DNA from: an uncultured delta proteobacterium | Lineage (GTDB): Bacteria; Desulfobacterota; WTBG01; CAIYCZ01 | Length of the DNA stretch: 64,000 nucleotides | Assembly (NCBI GenBank): GCA_963803975.1 | Contig: CAWDOY010000014.1 | Location: 128,001-192,000, forward strand | Direction of reading: 5' to 3' | Part shown: one piece after another, positions 1 through 13,292 of the stretch | How positions within the stretch are numbered: position 1 is the first letter of the stretch | Layout of the letters: the number at the start of each line of letters is the position of its first letter | Made by a program: the position numbers and the translations under genes | The notes under the pieces: model-generated | Databases searched by the model: none | Seen by the model: only the letters and a program-made list of their open reading frames with translations | Told to the model about the DNA's origin: nothing

Positions 1-13
1 TCTGGAAAAGGAT

Positions 14-574
14 ATGGCAGCCATTATCCAGAAGACAGCGGTTTCCAACCTTGATTTTATTGGTTCTAACATTGATTTAATCGGAGCGGAAATAGAGCTG
101 GTAAATATGCCCATGCGTGAAAACAGGCTGCGCAATGCTCTTGAACAGATAAGAAATCAGTATGATTTTATCATAATTGATTGCCCTCCCTCGCTGGGTT
201 TATTAACCGTAAATTCTCTCACCGCCGCAGATTCTGTGCTTATCCCCCTGCAATGTGAGTATTATGCGCTCGAAGGCCTCAGCCAGCTATTAACGACCAT
301 CAGGCTTATAAAGAGCAGCTTAAATCCCCAGCTTGCTATTGAGGGTATCCTGCTGACCATGTTTGACAAGCGCAACAGTCTGTCCCATCAGGTGGCAAAT
401 GAAATACACGAGCATTTTTACAGCAAGGTATTCAGGGTAATAATTCCCCGGAACGTGCGTCTCGCAGAAGCACCCAGCCATGGAAAGCCGGTCTATTTCT
501 ATGACAAAACTTCCCCCGGTGCGCAGACGTATCTGGAGCTGGCAAACTGTATTATCCACAACGAGAGGAATTAA
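14..574 (+). CDS. parA: ParA/Soj chromosome partition ATPase (5' end lies outside the window)
   Basis: DFIIIDCPPSLGLLT, PLQCEYYALEGL and PRNVRLAEAPSHG motifs; the Walker A region is upstream of the window. Confidence 0.95.
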   Translation: MAAIIQKTAVSNLDFIGSNIDLIGAEIELVNMPMRENRLRNALEQIRNQYDFIIIDCPPSLGLLTVNSLTAADSVLIPLQCEYYALEGLSQLLTTIRLIKSSLNPQLAIEGILLTMFDKRNSLSHQVANEIHEHFYSKVFRVIIPRNVRLAEAPSHGKPVYFYDKTSPGAQTYLELANCIIHNERN

Positions 575-575
575 C

Positions 576-1427
576 ATGGTGCAGAGAAAAGCCCTGGGAA
601 GGGGGCTGGAAGCCCTCATTCCCGGCATGAGCGAAGGTGGCCCTGGAAAGCCTGAGGGACTGCTGCTGGTTGCTCTTGATGAAATACAGCCCAATCCGCT
701 TCAGCCGCGGCGGACCTTTGACCAGGAAAAAATTGAAGAACTGGCCAATTCCATACGGGAAAACGGCATCATTCAGCCCCTGCTGGTTAAAAAAGGGGTT
801 GACGGTTTTGAGCTTATAGCCGGTGAGCGGCGCTGGCGAGCGGCCCAAAAAGCAGGACTTGATAAGGTTCCGGTAATAGTAAAAGAAGTCGAAGAAAAGC
901 ATCGCCTGGAGCTTTCACTCATAGAAAATATCCAGCGAGAAGATCTCAATGTTATGGAAGAGGCCGAGGCCTATCAAAAGCTGATAGAGCAGTTTGGCTA
1001 TACCCAGGAGGAAATCGGTAAGCGGGTCGGTAAAAGCAGAACCAGTATTACCAATACGCTGCGCCTCATTAAGCTGAACAAAAAAATCAAAGATGATTTG
1101 ATTCAGAATAAAATCAACATGGGACACGCCAGGGCCTACCTCGGGCTTGATTCAGCCGCCCAGCAACAGGAGGCCCATGCCCGTGTGCTCAAGGGAAACC
1201 TCTCTGTCAGGCAAACAGAAAATCTTGTCAAACGGATGAAACGCGGGGTTAAAGAACGGCCCACCGGGAAACAGGGTCATAAGCATGAGTTCGTCCTTGC
1301 AGAATTGCGCAAGCGACTGGGTACAAAGGTAGCTATAACCACCCGGGGAAAAGGCGGGAAACTCATAATTGAATTTTATTCTCCAGATGAGCTTGACAGG
1401 ATTTTTGAGCTTATACGGGGACAATAG
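576..1427 (+). CDS. parB: ParB/Spo0J partition protein
   Basis: ATG 1 nt after the parA stop; KALGRGLEALI, QPRR, LIAGERRWRA and ENIQREDL motifs plus HTH. Confidence 0.95.
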   Translation: MVQRKALGRGLEALIPGMSEGGPGKPEGLLLVALDEIQPNPLQPRRTFDQEKIEELANSIRENGIIQPLLVKKGVDGFELIAGERRWRAAQKAGLDKVPVIVKEVEEKHRLELSLIENIQREDLNVMEEAEAYQKLIEQFGYTQEEIGKRVGKSRTSITNTLRLIKLNKKIKDDLIQNKINMGHARAYLGLDSAAQQQEAHARVLKGNLSVRQTENLVKRMKRGVKERPTGKQGHKHEFVLAELRKRLGTKVAITTRGKGGKLIIEFYSPDELDRIFELIRGQ

Positions 1428-1444
1428 AGGATAAGGGAGGGTAA

Positions 1445-3898
<2,454 letters not shown>

Positions 3899-3936
3899 AT
3901 TAAACATAGATTAATAATATAAATATATTTTATAAT

Positions 3937-6366
3937 ATGGATAAAATAGCAAACATTGTTCCAGTAAACATTGAAGATGAAATGCGCAAGTCCTATATGG
4001 ACTATGCCATGAGCGTCATCATCGGCAGGGCCTTGCCAGATGTGCGGGATGGCCTCAAACCGGTGCAGCGCCGAATCCTGTATGCAATGGACGATATGGG
4101 GCTGCAGTGGAATAAACAGTATAAGAAATCAGCCCGACTCGTCGGAGATGTCATAGGTAAATATCATCCCCACGGCGATTCGGCAGTGTATGAGGCCACG
4201 GTGAGAATGGCACAGGATTTTTCCCTGAGAAATCCCCTCGTGGACGGCCAGGGAAATTTTGGCTCCATGGACGGTGATCCGCCTGCTGCCATGCGCTATA
4301 CCGAAATCAAGCTGGCGCGTATTGCATCGGAGATGCTTGCAGACATTGACAAGGAGACGGTCAACTTCACCGGCAACTATGACAACTCTCTTCAGGAGCC
4401 GGTCATCCTTCCGTCAAAAGTCCCCAATCTGCTGATCAATGGAAGCGCTGGCATTGCTGTTGGCATGGCGACCAATATTCCGCCGCACAACCTGGGAGAG
4501 GTTGTGGATGCCCTGGTCGCGCTCATAGACAATCCGGAGATATCAATCAGAGAGCTTATGAAGCTTCTGCCGGGGCCGGACTTTCCTACCGGCGGATTCG
4601 TGCACGGCAAAGAGGGATTGAAAGATGCCTATGAAACCGGAAGAGGTACCATTCAGCTCAGGGCCCGATCCTTTATTGAAAAGAGAAAAAAGGGAGACCG
4701 GGAAGATATTGTTATTTCTGAAATACCGTTTCAGGTAAACAAGGCTCGGCTCATTGAGCGGATTGCCGAGCTGGTGCAGGAGAAAAAGATAGAGGGAATC
4801 GCGGATGTGCGCGATGAGTCAGATCGTGACGGTGTGCGCATAGTGATTGAACTGAAAAAAGACGGGATTGGCAGCGTCATCTTAAACCAGCTGTATAAAT
4901 TGACCCCGATGCAGTCCTCGTTTGGGATAATGCTGCTTGCCATCGTTGACAATCAGCCGCAGATCCTCACGCTCAAAGAAATACTGGAACATTTTATAGA
5001 GTTCCGCAAAGAGATAATCACGCGCCGGACGCAGTTTGATTTGCGCAAGGCAGAAGAGCGCGCCCATATACTGGAAGGCTTAAAGATTGCCATTGACCAT
5101 CTGGATGCAATCATAAAACTGATTCGCTCCTCCCAGTCTCCTGCTGAAGCGAAAGAACGGCTTATGCAGGACTTTAAGCTCTCAGATGTCCAGGCGCAGG
5201 CAATCCTTGATATGCGGCTACAGCGGCTCACAGCGCTGGAGCGGGAAAAGATCAATGCGGAATACCTTGAAACCATTAAGCTTATGGAACAGCTCCGGCA
5301 CATACTGGAAAGTGAGCGCCTGGTGCTGGAGATTATAGGCGATGAGCTCAAAGCGCTTAAAGAAAAGTTTGGCGATGCACGCAGAACAGAGCTTATCGAC
5401 AAGACCGAAGAGATACGCCTGGAAGATTTGATTGTCGAAGAACAAATGGTGGTCACTGTTTCCAACACCGGCTATATCAAGCGCAATGCCATCAGCCTGT
5501 ACCGGACACAGGGCCGCGGCGGCAAGGGCGTGACCGGCATGACCACCAAAGAGGAGGATTTTGTAGAAACGCTGTTTGTGGCGTCGACGCACGATTACGT
5601 GCTCATATGTACTAATAGGGGTAGGGTCTACTGGCTTAAGGTTTATGAAATACCCGAGGCCGGGAGGGCTGCCCGCGGTAAGGCAATTGTAAACCTGGTC
5701 AAGCTTTCTCCCGGGGAAAGCCCGGCGGCAATTTTACCGGTAAGCGGGTTTGAAGAAGGCAACTATGTGGTAATGGCCACCCAAAAAGGCGTGGTAAAGA
5801 AGACCGACCTGAGTGCCTACAGCCATCCGCGCGCAGATGGCATTATAGCCACCGTCATCGACCCGGGCGACAGCTTAATTGATGCCAAGCTCACCGACGG
5901 CAATAAGGAAATATTTCTCGGCACCAAGAATGGACTTGCCATACGATTTAACGAGCAGGATGTGAGATCCATGGGCAGGGTTTCTCGCGGGGTGCGCGGC
6001 ATGTCTCTGGCAAAGGATGACGAAGTGGTTGGCATGGAGATTTTAAGCGGTGATGCGACGATTCTCACCATCACCGAACATGGCTACGGAAAAAGAACCC
6101 GGAGTTCAGAATACAAAATACAGGGACGCGGCGGCAAGGGAATTATCACCATCAAGACCTCGGAACGCAATGGCTCTGTCGTTGGCATTAAACAGGTAAC
6201 CAACGAAGATAGTTTGATGATGATTACCAGCACGGGAAAAATCATCAGAATTGCCGTTTCCAAGCTTTCCGTTATCGGCCGGAACACCCAGGGCGTACGC
6301 CTCATCAATATAGACAAGGACGAGAAAGTTGTGGGCGTTGCCCGGCTTGCAGAAAAAGAAGAATAG
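3937..6366 (+). CDS. gyrA: DNA gyrase subunit A
   Basis: [23 protein letters not shown] and GyrA-box-like QGRGGKG. Confidence 0.98.
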   Translation: MDKIANIVPVNIEDEMRKSYMDYAMSVIIGRALPDVRDGLKPVQRRILYAMDDMGLQWNKQYKKSARLVGDVIGKYHPHGDSAVYEATVRMAQDFSLRNPLVDGQGNFGSMDGDPPAAMRYTEIKLARIASEMLADIDKETVNFTGNYDNSLQEPVILPSKVPNLLINGSAGIAVGMATNIPPHNLGEVVDALVALIDNPEISIRELMKLLPGPDFPTGGFVHGKEGLKDAYETGRGTIQLRARSFIEKRKKGDREDIVISEIPFQVNKARLIERIAELVQEKKIEGIADVRDESDRDGVRIVIELKKDGIGSVILNQLYKLTPMQSSFGIMLLAIVDNQPQILTLKEILEHFIEFRKEIITRRTQFDLRKAEERAHILEGLKIAIDHLDAIIKLIRSSQSPAEAKERLMQDFKLSDVQAQAILDMRLQRLTALEREKINAEYLETIKLMEQLRHILESERLVLEIIGDELKALKEKFGDARRTELIDKTEEIRLEDLIVEEQMVVTVSNTGYIKRNAISLYRTQGRGGKGVTGMTTKEEDFVETLFVASTHDYVLICTNRGRVYWLKVYEIPEAGRAARGKAIVNLVKLSPGESPAAILPVSGFEEGNYVVMATQKGVVKKTDLSAYSHPRADGIIATVIDPGDSLIDAKLTDGNKEIFLGTKNGLAIRFNEQDVRSMGRVSRGVRGMSLAKDDEVVGMEILSGDATILTITEHGYGKRTRSSEYKIQGRGGKGIITIKTSERNGSVVGIKQVTNEDSLMMITSTGKIIRIAVSKLSVIGRNTQGVRLINIDKDEKVVGVARLAEKEE

Positions 6367-6428
6367 CGACCCAAGAATCATGCTTGAGAAGAGTTCGAGC
6401 CTGAGCAACTCACAGCTCTTTTTTTAAT

Positions 6429-7442
6429 ATGCGCGAACATAAAATAGGCATCATCGGAGCAGGAAGCTGGGGCACCACGCTTGCCAATCTGCTGGCAGAT
6501 AAGGGGTTTGAGGTTACCCTGTGGGTGTATGAGGAAGAGCTTTTACAGAAACTCAAATGCATGCGCTGCAATACCAGGTACCTGCCCGGGATTACGCTCA
6601 ATGCCGCCCTGCGCTACACCCGGAGCCTGAAAGAGGCTGTTTATGGCAAGCACGTCATCCTCTGGGTAACGCCCTCTCAGGTCTTTCGTAAACTGTTTAG
6701 CGAAGCACTTCCGTTTTTCCCGACCGAAGCGATACAGGTGAGCGCTTCTAAAGGGATAGAGAATGAATCGTTAAAACGTCTTTCTGAAATTGCAGAAGAC
6801 CAAAACCCGGCCTTTAGGGACCGGAAATTTGTTGTTCTTTCCGGCCCCAGTTTTGCCCTGGAGGTCTGCAGAAAGCTCCCGACGGCTGTGGTGGTCGCTT
6901 CCCGGGATAGAGAAAGCGCAGCCAGCATACAAGAGGTTATGGCAACGCCGCTGCTCAGAATCTACACCAGCCAGGATATTGTCGGGGTAGAACTGGGCGG
7001 AGCACTTAAAAATGTTATTGCCCTCGCAACCGGCATAGCAGATGGATTGGGTTATGGGAGCAATACCCGGGCAGCCCTCATTACCAGGGGCCTTGCTGAA
7101 ATGATGCGGCTTGGTATTGCCCTGGGCGCGGAGCCGATAACATTTTCCGGCCTTTCCGGCCTGGGCGATCTGGTGTTAACCTGTACCAGCACTATGAGCA
7201 GAAACTATAGTGTGGGCTTTCAGATTGGCCAGGGAAAAGCTCAGGAACGGATTTTACAGGAGATGAACGCAGTAGCAGAAGGGGTCTTCACAACCCGCTC
7301 AGCGTTTTTCCTCGCCCAGAGCCGTCAGGTAGCTATGCCCATTACGCAGGTGGTTTATCAGGTGCTGTACGAGAATAAACCAGCGCCACAGGCAGTACAG
7401 GACCTCATGAGCAGGGAGCTCAAACAAGAAACCCCTCTTTGA
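6429..7442 (+). CDS. gpsA: NAD(P)H-dependent glycerol-3-phosphate dehydrogenase
   Basis: GAGSWGT, SGPSFA, GGALKN, GLGDLVLTC and SRN motifs. Confidence 0.95.
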   Translation: MREHKIGIIGAGSWGTTLANLLADKGFEVTLWVYEEELLQKLKCMRCNTRYLPGITLNAALRYTRSLKEAVYGKHVILWVTPSQVFRKLFSEALPFFPTEAIQVSASKGIENESLKRLSEIAEDQNPAFRDRKFVVLSGPSFALEVCRKLPTAVVVASRDRESAASIQEVMATPLLRIYTSQDIVGVELGGALKNVIALATGIADGLGYGSNTRAALITRGLAEMMRLGIALGAEPITFSGLSGLGDLVLTCTSTMSRNYSVGFQIGQGKAQERILQEMNAVAEGVFTTRSAFFLAQSRQVAMPITQVVYQVLYENKPAPQAVQDLMSRELKQETPL

Positions 7443-7500
7443 ATAGGTAACGGGGCCATTGAAGGGCCGCGGGATACCGTTCTAATCCAGCAAGAATGAC

Positions 7501-8697
7501 ATGCAGATAGCAATACCCAAAAGAACCCTCTACACCCATATTACCAAAGAGCTTATGAGCCCCTTTATTCTGGGGCTTTTGATTTTTACTTTTATTTTGC
7601 TCACCAACAGAATCCTCAAGCTTATGGACTTGGTGGTGAATAAGGGGGTGGGTCTGGATGAGGTTATTAAACTCATAACGTATCTTCTCCCCTCTTTTTT
7701 TATGCTCACCATTCCCATGTCTGTTCTTCTGGCAATTCTCATAACGCTCGGCAGGCTTTCAGCGGATGGGGAGCTCATTGCCATGAAAGCCTCGGGAATA
7801 AGCCTTTATCAAATACTACCCCCCTTTATTGCCCTGTGTGTAACAGGCTTTTTGCTCACCAATATGTTGTCGTTATTGCTGCTCCCGCAGGGAAACAGAG
7901 CCTTCAGGAATCAGCTCTTCAGCCTGTCTAAGCGGCACTCAGAAGCAAACCTGCAGGAACGGATATTTAATGATGACTTTGAAGGCCTCATCATATACAT
8001 TAATGAAATCCCCGGCCAGGGGAAGCATATGCAGGGAATAGTGATTTCAGACAAGCGGGAGACAGAAGTCCCCAGTTTAATTATTGGCGAAGAGGGGATG
8101 ATTATCTCAGATCAAAATGAAAGGAAGGTTACCCTGCGGCTTTTTAACGGAAGTATTCATCGTGCCGCAAACGATTCGCTCGCGTATCAGAAGGCAATCT
8201 TTAAGACCTATGATATGAACCTGCAACTGAGCAACGAGGAGTCAGAAAACGATACGGACGTAAAATACAGCGAACAGAGTATAGCGGCGCTTTTAAAGCT
8301 TTTAACCGACCGGAGCAAAGAAAAGAAGTCTTCGATTAAGATCCAGACAGAGATTCACAAGCGGTTTGCCTTTCCCTTTGCCTGTGTGGTACTGGGGCTG
8401 GTGGGAATACCGTTTGGTGCATATCGGAGAAAGGGGACCCGGTCGTACGGGTTTGTCCTGTGCATCATAATCCTGTTCCTTTACTATGTGTTTCTGAATT
8501 TCGGGGAAACAATGGCAAAGCGCGGCATCCTCTATCCGGCGCTGGGCATATGGCTGCCAAATGTCGTATTGGGAATTATGGGCTGCTATCTGCTCTCTGT
8601 GGTGAGCAGGGAAAAACCAATCCCGGGGTTATACTGGATAGATGAAACAATAAACCGTCTGAGCACGACCCTTAAGAAACGGTTCAAACGACAGTAA
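7501..8697 (+). CDS. lptF: LPS export ABC permease LptF
   Basis: YjgP/YjgQ architecture, RLSADGELIAMKASGIS; paired with lptG. Confidence 0.9.
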   Translation: MQIAIPKRTLYTHITKELMSPFILGLLIFTFILLTNRILKLMDLVVNKGVGLDEVIKLITYLLPSFFMLTIPMSVLLAILITLGRLSADGELIAMKASGISLYQILPPFIALCVTGFLLTNMLSLLLLPQGNRAFRNQLFSLSKRHSEANLQERIFNDDFEGLIIYINEIPGQGKHMQGIVISDKRETEVPSLIIGEEGMIISDQNERKVTLRLFNGSIHRAANDSLAYQKAIFKTYDMNLQLSNEESENDTDVKYSEQSIAALLKLLTDRSKEKKSSIKIQTEIHKRFAFPFACVVLGLVGIPFGAYRRKGTRSYGFVLCIIILFLYYVFLNFGETMAKRGILYPALGIWLPNVVLGIMGCYLLSVVSREKPIPGLYWIDETINRLSTTLKKRFKRQ

Positions 8698-8723
8698 TGC
8701 GTTCATAACAAGGCTGTGTTCTC

Positions 8724-9806
8724 ATGTTAATTATTACCCGGTATTACACCAGAGAATTTCTTAAGATCTTTGCGTTGTGCCTGGCATCCTTTGTGGTCCT
8801 CTATCTGCTGGTGGATTTATTTGAGAATTTAGACAGCTTCATAAAGAACAAGGCTTCGCTTGCTGCCGTTATCCGCTATTTTTTATACAGCATACCGCTG
8901 ATTATCTATCAAATATGTCCGCTGGGAATGCTCCTGTGCACGTTTATCACCATAGGGCTGTTTGCGCGCTTTAATGAAGTAACCGCACTTAAGGCGCACG
9001 GCATAAGCCTTTTTACTGTTTTTAAAGTGTTTCTTTTTATTGCAGCATTTACCTGGATCTTTTCGCTTTGGCTTCAGGAGTATGTTCTGCCGTATACCAA
9101 CCGGCAGATGAAAGAGATAAAAAATGTCCAGATAAAAAAGAAAAAAAGCGTTGATATGCTTGCCAGGGACCATTTTTGGTATCGCAGCCAGAATGCTATT
9201 TACAACATAGAAATATTTTATCCTGATAAAAACAGGATTCAGGGAATTACGATATATTATTTCACCCCGGATTTTCGCCTCCAGGAGCGCATTGATGCAA
9301 AATGGGGGGAGTGGAAGCAGAATGGCGACTGGACTTTTCATGACGGGGTGGTTCGGGCCTTTCAAAACGAAGGGGAGATACGGACTGAGGCCTTCAAGGA
9401 ACGGCTCATTACTATTCATGAAACCCCCGATGATTTTAAAATGTCGCAGAAGCTGAGCGAGGAAATGAGCTTTAGTGAGATCAGGGCGTACATTAATAAA
9501 ATAGGGGCGGAGGGATATGATACTACTCCGTATGAAGTGGACATGCAGGCCAAGATTTCCTACCCATTTATAAATATAATAATGGCTATGCTCGGGATTC
9601 CGTTTGCTTTGATGATTGGCAGAAGCGGGGGAATGGCGCTGGGCATTACGGTAAGTGTTCTTTTTGGGTTTTTCTACTGGATATTTTTTGCCCTCTGTCT
9701 CTCGCTCGGCAAAAACGGGTCCCTGCCCACGTTTCTTTCGGCATGGATGGCAAATGTAGCCTTTGGCTCCCTCGGCCTTTACCTGTTCCTGCAAGTGAAA
9801 CAGTAA
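8724..9806 (+). CDS. lptG: LPS export ABC permease LptG
   Basis: YjgP/YjgQ architecture, NEVTALKAHGIS, KISYPF. Confidence 0.9.
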   Translation: MLIITRYYTREFLKIFALCLASFVVLYLLVDLFENLDSFIKNKASLAAVIRYFLYSIPLIIYQICPLGMLLCTFITIGLFARFNEVTALKAHGISLFTVFKVFLFIAAFTWIFSLWLQEYVLPYTNRQMKEIKNVQIKKKKSVDMLARDHFWYRSQNAIYNIEIFYPDKNRIQGITIYYFTPDFRLQERIDAKWGEWKQNGDWTFHDGVVRAFQNEGEIRTEAFKERLITIHETPDDFKMSQKLSEEMSFSEIRAYINKIGAEGYDTTPYEVDMQAKISYPFINIIMAMLGIPFALMIGRSGGMALGITVSVLFGFFYWIFFALCLSLGKNGSLPTFLSAWMANVAFGSLGLYLFLQVKQ

Positions 9807-9951
9807 GCACCGTGCCGGGCCCGGGGCACCAATCCGCAACGATAGCGCAGTTTAAATATACATTGACTTTTAGATAAAACTCTTTTATTAGGAACAATCT
9901 AACGTTAACAATGCATGTTTTCATAGATTCATAAGGGAGGACATATAATCC

Positions 9952-11118
9952 ATGTCAATGACGAGCTACTTATTTACCTCAGAGTCGGTAACAGAGGGAC
10001 ATCCGGACAAGGTGGCAGACCAGATATCTGATGCAGTGCTGGATGCGATCATAGCAGAGGACAAGAAGGCGCGGGTGGCGTGCGAGACGCTGGTGACGAC
10101 GGGGCTGGCGATGATAGCAGGGGAGATCACCACCGACTGTTATGTGCATTTGCCAGACATCGTGCGGGAGACGATCAAGGGGATCGGCTATAATGACTCG
10201 GCCATGGGGTTTGACTGGGAGACGTGCGCGGTAATGAGTTCGATAGACCGGCAGTCGCCTGACATTGCCATGGGGGTGAACGCGACAAAAGAGCATGAGC
10301 AGGGAGCAGGTGATCAGGGCCTGATGTTCGGGTACGCATGCACGGAGACGGCGGAACTGATGCCGATGTCGATACACTACGCGCACCAGCTGAGCAAGCG
10401 GCTGGCGCAGGTGCGAAAAGAGGGAATTCTTGATTTTTTACGGCCGGATGGCAAGACGCAGGTGACGGTAGAGTATCACAACCGGAAACCGGTACGGTTG
10501 GATGCGGTTGTGGTGGCGTCGCAACACACGCCGGAGGTAAAGGACGCGCGGCTGCGGGAAGGGATTATAGAAGAGGTGATCAAGAAGGTAATCCCTGGCA
10601 ATATGATGGATAAGAACACGAAGTTTTTCATCAATGCGACGGGGCGGTTTGTGGTCGGGGGACCGAAGGGCGACTGCGGGCTGACGGGGCGGAAGATAAT
10701 CTGCGACACGTACGGCGGGCAGGGGAGCCACGGCGGGGGAGCTTTTTCAGGGAAGGACCCGTCGAAGGTGGACCGGTCGGCCTCCTACATGGCGCGGTAC
10801 GCGGCCAAGAACATAGTGGCGGCGGGGCTGGCGACGCAGTGCGAGGTGCAGGTGGCATACTGTATCGGGGTGGCAAAGCCGGTGTCGATAATGATCAATA
10901 CCTTCCGGACGAGTAAAATTCCACCGGATCGGATAGCCGAGATAGTGAATGAGGTGTTTGATTTTCGGCCGGCGCAAATCATAAAGCACCTGAATTTATT
11001 GCGGCCGATATTCAAGAAGACCGCAGCGTACGGGCATTTTGGGCGGGAGGATAAGGACTTCACCTGGGAGCGTACCGACATGGCAGCTGTGCTGAAGGAG
11101 AAGGCGGGAGTTGACTAA
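9952..11118 (+). CDS. metK: S-adenosylmethionine synthetase
   Basis: [26 protein letters not shown] and AAYGHFG motifs; GGAGG RBS. Confidence 0.98.
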   Translation: MSMTSYLFTSESVTEGHPDKVADQISDAVLDAIIAEDKKARVACETLVTTGLAMIAGEITTDCYVHLPDIVRETIKGIGYNDSAMGFDWETCAVMSSIDRQSPDIAMGVNATKEHEQGAGDQGLMFGYACTETAELMPMSIHYAHQLSKRLAQVRKEGILDFLRPDGKTQVTVEYHNRKPVRLDAVVVASQHTPEVKDARLREGIIEEVIKKVIPGNMMDKNTKFFINATGRFVVGGPKGDCGLTGRKIICDTYGGQGSHGGGAFSGKDPSKVDRSASYMARYAAKNIVAAGLATQCEVQVAYCIGVAKPVSIMINTFRTSKIPPDRIAEIVNEVFDFRPAQIIKHLNLLRPIFKKTAAYGHFGREDKDFTWERTDMAAVLKEKAGVD

Positions 11119-11334
11119 AAGCGCTTTCAGCATGTAGCCGGTAGCTATAAGGTTGCTTTATTTGTTTCTATTCTAATGTATGAACGGACAGACTTAACGC
11201 TACATTACCAAATTATCAAGGTGGATGCTGACAGAAAGCGTCTGCCTTTTTTGTTTTTTTATAAAAAAAGCATACAAAACCTCTTGACAATTGCAAGCAA
11301 AACACATAATAAACATGCATTACATATATCAGAG

Positions 11335-11958
11335 ATGGGTTTTTGCTTGCAAGTTTCAGATAAGACAAAAGAAATAATCCTCAGCGCTGCAAAAGAACTT
11401 TTTGCCCAGAAGGGCTATTTTAAGACCACGTACGCTGATATTGCACGGCATGCAGGAGTTAATCAGGCAACGGTTTATCGCGGATTTAAAACGAAAGAAA
11501 ATATATTTACCTGCCTGTTAGAGGAAGAATACCAGCACATAACCCGGGAAACCTATAACGCGTTTACTGCAGATGAACCAACACCCCAAAAGCTGAAAAA
11601 GATAATAACAACAAACTTTACCTTAACAACCCGAAGCAAGCTCCTGAAATATATACTGCATGATGAGTATAGCCAGTTCCGCACAATTTTTAATACCAAA
11701 GACAAAAAAGCTTTTGACGAAATCCGCGCCATCATTCAGGAGGGCATAGCAAAAGGTGAAATAAAAAATGAAGACCCCTCCTTTCTGCTGGCAGTGCTTA
11801 ATTCGTTTCGCTTTTGCCTGCTCAGCCTGTATCGGAGTGAAAACATTCTCCTGGAGAGCAAGTACAGCCTTGATCATTTGATAGAAACCATAAACGATAT
11901 TTTTGTAGAGGGGTTTCTCAAAAACTTTGCAACCCATACAAAATTAAACATTGAGTAA
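11335..11958 (+). CDS. TetR/AcrR family transcriptional regulator
   Basis: N-terminal HTH IILSAAKELFAQKGY..TTYADIARHAGVNQATVYRGFKTKE; start placed at ATG 11335 downstream of TTGACA at 11284, rather than 11176. Confidence 0.85.
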   Translation: MGFCLQVSDKTKEIILSAAKELFAQKGYFKTTYADIARHAGVNQATVYRGFKTKENIFTCLLEEEYQHITRETYNAFTADEPTPQKLKKIITTNFTLTTRSKLLKYILHDEYSQFRTIFNTKDKKAFDEIRAIIQEGIAKGEIKNEDPSFLLAVLNSFRFCLLSLYRSENILLESKYSLDHLIETINDIFVEGFLKNFATHTKLNIE

Positions 11959-11991
11959 CAGCAAAGATTATATTATTAAAGGAGGCATATC

Positions 11992-12162
11992 ATGATACAA
12001 GTTGACAGGGAAAAATGTGTTGGCTGCGGAGGCTGTGTTGACCTTTGTCCCCGGACAGCAATTCGCTTTGTGAAAGATCGGGCGTTCATTGATGTAGATC
12101 TGTGCCTTGAGTGTAAGACCTGCGTGCAGGTTTGTCCCATGAAGGCACCCGATGAGCTGTAA
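11992..12162 (+). CDS. Small 2x[4Fe-4S] ferredoxin, 56 aa (not in the ORF track)
   Basis: AAGGAGG RBS; MIQVDREKCVGCGGCVDLCP...DLCLECKTCVQVCPMKAPDEL* has two CxxCxxCxxxCP motifs. Confidence 0.9.
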   Translation: MIQVDREKCVGCGGCVDLCPRTAIRFVKDRAFIDVDLCLECKTCVQVCPMKAPDEL

Positions 12163-12235
12163 GCAACTTGGGGAATACTAGCACGACGCTTGCAGAAGGG
12201 ATACATCCTTAAATTACAAGGAAAGGAGATTACGC

Positions 12236-12517
12236 TTGGAATCAACTGCTAAGTTTACAAAAAGCATGGTAGAGTGCTCGCTGCTCGATAAGGAGTTGGG
12301 CCGGCCGTTTAAGCCGGGAACCAGGAGAGAAGCGACCCCCGAATGGGATAAAGACAAATGCGTACGGTGCGGGCTGTGTTATGTGTACTGCCCTGATGGC
12401 GCAATTTATAGAACAGAAGACGGTTTTTTTGAGGCCGACACGGACAAATGCAAAGGATGCGGCATTTGTCACCGCGAATGCTGGTTTGGTGTCATCAGCA
12501 TGGTGAAGGAGGATTAA
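12236..12517 (+). CDS. 2-oxoacid:ferredoxin oxidoreductase delta-subunit-like 2x[4Fe-4S] protein (PorD-like)
   Basis: PEWDKDKCVRCGLCYVYCPDGAI...DKCKGCGICHREC; AAGGAG RBS before TTG. Confidence 0.8.
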   Translation: MESTAKFTKSMVECSLLDKELGRPFKPGTRREATPEWDKDKCVRCGLCYVYCPDGAIYRTEDGFFEADTDKCKGCGICHRECWFGVISMVKED

Positions 12518-12520
12518 ATA

Positions 12521-13234
12521 ATGGATAAGTTCAGTCTTTTTGTCCCCAACTTTTTGCCCTTTAAGGAATATTTTGTCCCTGAAAAAAATATCGCCTGCTC
12601 TGGCTGTGGCCTGGCGCTCGCTATCAGACAGACCTATAAGGCCCTCGAAGCAGTGATAGAAAAGGCCGAGTGGGTGAAAGCCGGCGATGGGAAGCTTTTT
12701 GCCCGGCTGTTTGATAAGTCCCCCATGGGCAACAGCGAGCCGTCACTGCTGCGGATAAAAAAAACCGGCGGAGAACTGATCATCTGCTTTGACAATGAAG
12801 CAGGAGGCAGTCTTGAGGAGGCAGTAAAGAAAGCAATGCCTGCTATAGCCGTAGCCGAGGGGTTCCACTATGTAGCCACTGCATGTCCCAGCTATCCCTT
12901 TGATCTGTATGAAAAGGTTAAAAAGGGCCTGGAGGCCGAGGGTAAAGCCTACCTTCACATACTCTGCCCGTGCCCGGTTGCATGGCAGTTTGATCCGGAA
13001 CTCACCGTGAAAATAGGCCGCTGGGCAGTTGAAAGCAGGGCCTTCCCGCTGTATGAAGTGGGCAGTGCCTCTGCCTATCACATGACCGTTACCACCGCAA
13101 AGCCGCGACCCCTGGCAGATTACCTGAAACCGCAGTATCGCTTTGCCGAGATCTCTGAGCAACAGATAGCAGACCTGGGCGCTGCGGTGGAGAGTGACTA
13201 TAAAAAATTAACCGAGAAGATGCAACCAGCATAG
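12521..13234 (+). CDS. Degenerate 2-oxoacid:ferredoxin oxidoreductase beta-subunit-like protein (PorB-like)
   Basis: ACSGCG, ICFDNEA, YVATACPSYPFDL..KVKK, HILCPCPVAW and FPLYE retained; thiamine-diphosphate-binding segments missing. Confidence 0.75.
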   Translation: MDKFSLFVPNFLPFKEYFVPEKNIACSGCGLALAIRQTYKALEAVIEKAEWVKAGDGKLFARLFDKSPMGNSEPSLLRIKKTGGELIICFDNEAGGSLEEAVKKAMPAIAVAEGFHYVATACPSYPFDLYEKVKKGLEAEGKAYLHILCPCPVAWQFDPELTVKIGRWAVESRAFPLYEVGSASAYHMTVTTAKPRPLADYLKPQYRFAEISEQQIADLGAAVESDYKKLTEKMQPA

Positions 13235-13292
13235 AACAGCGGTAGCATACTTATTTGCACAGATTACTTAATTGCCTGAAAGGAGCGGGAAA

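Noticed and set aside
552..560. Perfect DnaA box TTATCCACA at the end of parA
   Set aside because: A single 9-mer inside coding sequence is expected by chance in a window this size; no box cluster or dnaA gene was seen
3899..3936. Almost pure A/T spacer between gyrB and gyrA as a possible unwinding element
   Set aside because: Only 38 nt long with no adjacent DnaA boxes; an ordinary AT-rich translation initiation region explains it
8883..9839. Long antisense ORFs, such as 318 aa opposite lptG, 293 aa opposite the ATPase and several in the TRAP block
   Set aside because: Shadow frames of well-supported genes with no recognisable motifs
9807..9951. SAM riboswitch upstream of metK
   Set aside because: No SAM-I/II consensus elements recognised
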